Shown piece by piece: positions 59,528-64,000 of a stretch of DNA of 64,000 bases. The stretch covers positions 192,001-256,000 of the forward strand of contig CAWCKJ010000006.1 of the NCBI GenBank assembly GCA_963796105.1, written 5' to 3'. How positions within the stretch are numbered: the first letter of the stretch is position 1; the number at the start of each line of letters is the position of its first letter. This DNA comes from a candidate division FCPU426 bacterium (lineage in GTDB: Bacteria; Oederibacteriota; Muellerivitia; Muellerivitales; Muellerivitaceae). The position numbers and the translations under genes are program-made. The notes under the pieces are model-generated. The model was given only the letters and a program-made list of their open reading frames with translations, had not been told where the DNA came from and made no database searches.

Positions 59528-60814
59528 ATGATTCACACTATTAAGGAATTTTTACAAAACAAAGATGACCTGCTGAGGGAGCAGTGGAACGCCTCGTCCA
59601 GGACCCTTTCGTCCCGGGTGGACCAGTTCAAACCCGACTCGCCCATTTTCCACAAGATCCGTAAGATATTGATGGACCTGGTCGACATCGTGGAAAAGAA
59701 GGGCAGCGCTGAACAGGCCGTGGACTCGGCGCTCAAACCCATCGTCTCCGAGCTCCGGAGCCTCCAGGCCGAAAATCAGTTAAATCCCACGGAAATGGTC
59801 TTTTTCCTGTTCCTCATGAGGGATATCCTCCGGGAAACCATCAAGCGGATGGGGGAGGCCTCCGCGAAAGAAGACCAGGCCAACGGGAACCAGGCCTATT
59901 CCGATGAGCTGGACCAGGTTTCCTCCCTCCTGAACCGCCTGGGCCTGGTTTTCTTCGAAAGCGCCATGCGCTTGAAGGAGGAGGATGGGTTCAACCAGGA
60001 TGTACTGGCCATCGAGTACGCCCTCCTTTACGAGAGGACCCGGCAGATCGCCATCACCGACCGCCTGACGGGCCTTTACAACTTCGGGTATTTCCTGGAG
60101 CGCTTGAAGGAGGAGAGGGTCCGCGCCGAGAGGTACCACCGGCTCCTATCCCTGATCATTTTCGATATCGACCATTTCAAGAAATACAACGACGCCAACG
60201 GCCACCCGGCAGGGAACGAGGTTTTAATAGAGATCGCCAAAATCCTCCAGGACGAGGCCCGTGAGGTGGATATCGTCGCGCGCTATGGGGGGGAGGAAAT
60301 GGTCCTGGTGCTCCCGGAAACCAGCCGCAAACGCGCCTTCGAGATGGCGGACCGGATCAGGGAAAAAATCGCGGGGACTGTCTTCCCCCATATGGAATCC
60401 CAGCCCAAAGGTCGTTTGACCGTTTCCGCAGGAGTGGCCACTTTTCCCGTGGACGCCGCCAACGAGGATGAGTTGGTCCAATCAGCCGACAGCAGCCTGT
60501 ACGAGGCCAAGTCGAAGGGGCGTAACTGCGTGGTGGCCTTTGAGCCGCCGCTCAAAGTCACCCTGATTTATAAGCCTCACCGCGAGGTTTCCAAGGTCGC
60601 CTTGGTCGGGGATTTCAACAACTGGGACAAGGATGTGGACTCGATGATCCGCCAGCCGGACGGCAGTTTCCAGTTCATCATTTCCTTGAACCGGGGAACC
60701 TACCATTACAAGTTCGTCTTGAACGACGTGGAATGGATTCCCGATCCGGCCTGTCCGGAAAGGGTTACGGATACCCTCGGGGGCGACAACAGCGTTCTTC
60801 GGGTTGGAAGTTGA
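59528..60814 (+). CDS. Diguanylate cyclase: helical RsbRD-like N-domain, GGDEF, and C-terminal CBM48/AMPK-beta-type glycogen-binding domain
   Basis: TDRLTGLYN, DIDHFKKYND..GH..GN, REVD I-site, RYGGEEM, SAG, LYEAK; VALVGDFNNW..GTYHYKFVLNDVEW..DP..NSVL. Confidence 0.92.
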   Translation: MIHTIKEFLQNKDDLLREQWNASSRTLSSRVDQFKPDSPIFHKIRKILMDLVDIVEKKGSAEQAVDSALKPIVSELRSLQAENQLNPTEMVFFLFLMRDILRETIKRMGEASAKEDQANGNQAYSDELDQVSSLLNRLGLVFFESAMRLKEEDGFNQDVLAIEYALLYERTRQIAITDRLTGLYNFGYFLERLKEERVRAERYHRLLSLIIFDIDHFKKYNDANGHPAGNEVLIEIAKILQDEAREVDIVARYGGEEMVLVLPETSRKRAFEMADRIREKIAGTVFPHMESQPKGRLTVSAGVATFPVDAANEDELVQSADSSLYEAKSKGRNCVVAFEPPLKVTLIYKPHREVSKVALVGDFNNWDKDVDSMIRQPDGSFQFIISLNRGTYHYKFVLNDVEWIPDPACPERVTDTLGGDNSVLRVGS

Positions 60815-60969
60815 AGGGCGTTCTTCCTTAAACGCCTCCATGGGGTTTTATCACCCAATTTGGTTGTTCAAATCGCTTGATTCCAGGCCGTCTTCTCATA
60901 GAAAACACTCAACATTTCAATCGGCTTTTGATAATCTTACGGTCTTAATTCGAGTTTATTGGACCTAAA

Positions 60970-63819
60970 ATGGCCGATTACAAAGCGACCCTCAACATCA
61001 CCCAAACCGCCTTCCCCATGAAGGCCAACCTGCCACAGACCGAGCCCCTAAGGCTGAAACTTTGGGAGGACCTGGGCTATCACCAGGGCATTCGGCGCAA
61101 ACCAGGCGCTCCCCAATACATCCTTCACGACGGCCCTCCCTTCGCCAACGGCGATATCCACATGGGCCACGCGCTCAACAAGGTTTTGAAGGACATCATC
61201 GTCAAGTACCGGACCCTGAGGGGGTTCGACAGCCCTTATATCCCCGGCTGGGACTGCCATGGGATGCCCATCGAGCATAAGGTGGTCGAGAAATTGGGCT
61301 CCAAGGCCAGTACCATGACGAAAGTCGAGATTCGGAAGGAATGCAGGAAGTACGCCGATAAATTCCTCGAGCGGCAGAAGGAGGAGTTCAAGCGCCTGGG
61401 GGTTTTCGGGGATTTCCTAAAACCCTATTCCACGATGGATCCCTCCTATGAGCTCTCCCTGGTCAAGGCCCTGACCCAAATGATCTCGGAAGGCTATGTC
61501 AGCAGGCGTTTGAGGCCCATCCATTGGTGTCCCGTTTGCAAATCCGCCCTGGCTGAAGCCGAGGTGGAATACGCGGATCACGAGTCCCTCTCCGTTACTG
61601 TGGCTTTCCCGGCAAAGCTTCTGCCGGAAGGCCTGTTCCCCAATACTCCACGGAAAAACCTCTTCTTCCTGATTTGGACCACGACCCCCTGGACTTTACC
61701 GGCGAACCTGGGCATTTCCGTCCATCCCGATTTCGAGTATGTGACCGTCCAGGTGGGGGAGAACCATTACATACTGGCCAAGGTCCTGCTGGCTCAGGTG
61801 GCAGGGGCCTGCGGGTGGAATATGCCTGAAATCAAGATTGTGGATGAGGCCCGGGGACGATCTTTGGATAAGGCCCTTGCGCGCCATCCCTTCCTCGAGA
61901 AGGACTCGCTCGTCATGGTGGGCCCCCATGTCACCGCCGACACGGGCACGGGGTTGGTCCATACGGCCCCGGGACACGGCCGGGAGGACTATGAGATTGG
62001 CCTTCAATACGGCCTGGAGGTTTATTCCCCCGTGAATGAGGCCGGAAGGTACGACTCCCGCTTCAAGGAATTCGAGGGGGTTTCGGTATGGGACGCCAAC
62101 CCGAAAATCGTTGAAAAACTCAAGGGGTTAGGGCTTTTGCTGTCAGTGGAAACCCTGAAACACAGCTATCCCCATTGCTGGCGGTCCAAGAATCCCATCA
62201 TATTCCGGGCCACGGCCCAATGGTTCATCGAGCTGGACCATAAGGACTTGAGGAAGAAGTGCCTGGAAGAAATCGAAAAGGTCCAGTGGATTCCAACCTG
62301 GGGCAAGGACAGGATTAGGAACATGGTGGAAGGCCGGGCCGATTGGTGTATTTCCCGGCAAAGATCCTGGGGTGTTCCCATCACGGCTTTCTATTGCAGG
62401 AATTGTCACAAAATCGTGGATGACCAAGAAATCCTGAAAAAAATAGTCCTCAAGGTTGAGAAAGAGGGGATCGAGGGCTGGTTTGCGGGGGGCAATTACG
62501 GCTGGTTGGACAACTTAAAATGCCCCAATTGTTCCTCGAGCGAATTCGTGAAGGAAGAGGATATTTTGGATGTCTGGTTCGAGTCGGGGAATTCCCATTT
62601 CGCCGTCCTGGACAATCGGGAAGAATTGAAAAATGGGAAACCAAGCGAAAAGCCCTTTGTCCTGTACCTGGAGGGAGGCGACCAGCACCGGGGATGGTTC
62701 CAAAGCGCCCTTTGGACCGGGGTAGCCTTAAAGGGCCGCGCCCCTTTCAGCGGGGTCTTGACCCACGGCTGGGTTTTGGATGCCGAGGGAAAAGCCATGC
62801 ACAAGAGCGCTGGGAACGTGATTGATCCCATGGATATGGTGAAGAAATACGGGGCCGACGTCCTGCGCCTTTGGGTCTCCTCGGAGGATTTTACGGAGGA
62901 TGTGGCCATCAGCGAGGAAATGCTCAATCGGATGTCCGAGGCCTACCGCCGCATCCGCAATACTTTCCGCTTTATCCTTGGGAACCTTTCGGACTTCAAT
63001 CCCTCTTCACACCGGGTGGTTGAAAAGGATTTTCTTCCTCTCGACCGCTGGGCCTGGATGGAAGCCCAAAGGACCCTTTCGGCCATGACCACGGCCTACG
63101 AGCAATACCAGTTCACGAAGGTTTTCCACCAGGCTGACCATTTCTTTTCCGTGGGCTTGAGCGCTGGTTATTTCGACATATTAAAAGACCGCCTCTACAC
63201 ATTCGAGGCGGATTCCAAGGCCCGCAGGGCCTCCCAAACGGTTCTTTATGACATCCTCATGGGTTTTGTCGTGGCCCTCGCCCCCATCCTTTCCTTCACC
63301 GCGGAGGAAATCTGGCAGTCCCTCCAAGAATCCTTCAAGAAGAAAGGCGAGAAAAGTGTCTTCCTGGCCCAGTGGCCTGAGTTGGAAACCCCGAAGGACG
63401 AGGCGTTCCTCCAGGAATGGGAGGATATTTTTTCCGTCAAGAGGGCTGTCTCGAAATCCCTCGAGACCCTGAGGCAGAATAAAACTATCGGAAGCTCTTT
63501 GGAGGCTGAGGTCGATTTATACGTTGAAAACGAGAAGGTGCTGCAGGTCCTTCAAAAACACATGGAAAACCTCCGTTATTACTTCCTAGTTTCCAGGGTA
63601 GGACTCCAATCCGGGAAGGGTCCCGCTGATAGCGTGGAGGCAGAGGAGGCCCGGCTGAAGACCCGTATTTGGCCCAAAAAATCCCCGGGGCAAAAATGCG
63701 CCAGGTGCTGGAATTACTATCCCGCGGAGCAGATGGATAAGGCCCATCCCGATATCTGCCACCGCTGCGGCCCGATCGTGAAGAAACTGGGCGGAACCGG
63801 CGAGGGAACGGCCTCGTGA
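60970..63819 (+). CDS. ileS: Isoleucine--tRNA ligase (type 1)
   Basis: HDGPPFANG..HMGH, GWDCHG, WTTTPWTLP, DWCISRQR, DQHRGWF, AMHKS, C-terminal CARC..CHRC. Confidence 0.97.
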   Translation: MADYKATLNITQTAFPMKANLPQTEPLRLKLWEDLGYHQGIRRKPGAPQYILHDGPPFANGDIHMGHALNKVLKDIIVKYRTLRGFDSPYIPGWDCHGMPIEHKVVEKLGSKASTMTKVEIRKECRKYADKFLERQKEEFKRLGVFGDFLKPYSTMDPSYELSLVKALTQMISEGYVSRRLRPIHWCPVCKSALAEAEVEYADHESLSVTVAFPAKLLPEGLFPNTPRKNLFFLIWTTTPWTLPANLGISVHPDFEYVTVQVGENHYILAKVLLAQVAGACGWNMPEIKIVDEARGRSLDKALARHPFLEKDSLVMVGPHVTADTGTGLVHTAPGHGREDYEIGLQYGLEVYSPVNEAGRYDSRFKEFEGVSVWDANPKIVEKLKGLGLLLSVETLKHSYPHCWRSKNPIIFRATAQWFIELDHKDLRKKCLEEIEKVQWIPTWGKDRIRNMVEGRADWCISRQRSWGVPITAFYCRNCHKIVDDQEILKKIVLKVEKEGIEGWFAGGNYGWLDNLKCPNCSSSEFVKEEDILDVWFESGNSHFAVLDNREELKNGKPSEKPFVLYLEGGDQHRGWFQSALWTGVALKGRAPFSGVLTHGWVLDAEGKAMHKSAGNVIDPMDMVKKYGADVLRLWVSSEDFTEDVAISEEMLNRMSEAYRRIRNTFRFILGNLSDFNPSSHRVVEKDFLPLDRWAWMEAQRTLSAMTTAYEQYQFTKVFHQADHFFSVGLSAGYFDILKDRLYTFEADSKARRASQTVLYDILMGFVVALAPILSFTAEEIWQSLQESFKKKGEKSVFLAQWPELETPKDEAFLQEWEDIFSVKRAVSKSLETLRQNKTIGSSLEAEVDLYVENEKVLQVLQKHMENLRYYFLVSRVGLQSGKGPADSVEAEEARLKTRIWPKKSPGQKCARCWNYYPAEQMDKAHPDICHRCGPIVKKLGGTGEGTAS

Positions 63820-64000
63820 TCCTCCTGGGTATCGCCATGTTCGTGATGGCCCTGGACCAGACCACCAAATTCCTGATTATCCGCTCTATCCACCTCAATG
63901 ACTCCACCACAATCCTTCCGAACTATATTTATCTCACCTATATCCAGAATCCGGGAACGGCCTTTGGCTTTATGTCCAACATGGAGCTCTTCGTGCGGAT
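63816..64000 (+). CDS. lspA: Lipoprotein signal peptidase (partial)
   Basis: GTGA overlap with ileS; LDQTTK and QNPGTAFG motifs; conserved ileS-lspA order. Confidence 0.9.
   Translation, partial: MILLGIAMFVMALDQTTKFLIIRSIHLNDSTTILPNYIYLTYIQNPGTAFGFMSNMELFVR

Noticed and set aside
1..64000. tRNA or rRNA genes, prophage, retron or DGR
   Set aside because: No recognisable cloverleaf/rRNA sequence, phage structural genes or reverse transcriptase seen by eye.

Overview
Bacterial chromosomal window of moderate GC with two parts. (1) About 0.9-8.5 kb is an accessory, repeat-dense zone. It holds six copies of a ~77-80 bp twin-hairpin mini-element, two copies of a 111-bp covarying structured motif and a 12x53-bp tandem array built from AACCCAGTA. 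It also holds two 5'-truncated RAYT/Y1 HUH transposase genes with four copies of their 27-bp end motif bracketing an AT-rich, apparently captured segment, and a direct-repeat-flanked toxin-antitoxin cassette whose toxin carries a nonsense codon. (2) The rest is mostly housekeeping and signalling genes: comM/yifB, ffh, rpe, cls, rlmN, hisG, ilvD, typA, smc, ftsY (3' frameshift), glgA, ileS, lspA, two multi-PAS histidine kinases, an NtrC-type activator with an adjacent sigma-54 promoter, one IS1595-family element and a secreted GH44. The best candidates for undescribed systems are the RAYT end-motif/hairpin/array locus, a GGDEF cyclase fused to a glycogen-binding CBM48-like domain right after glgA, a Cys/Pro-rich leader ORF before a Cys-rich outer-membrane protein, and a sigma-54 module driving an orphan operon. 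All calls come from reading motifs by eye; no database searches were run.
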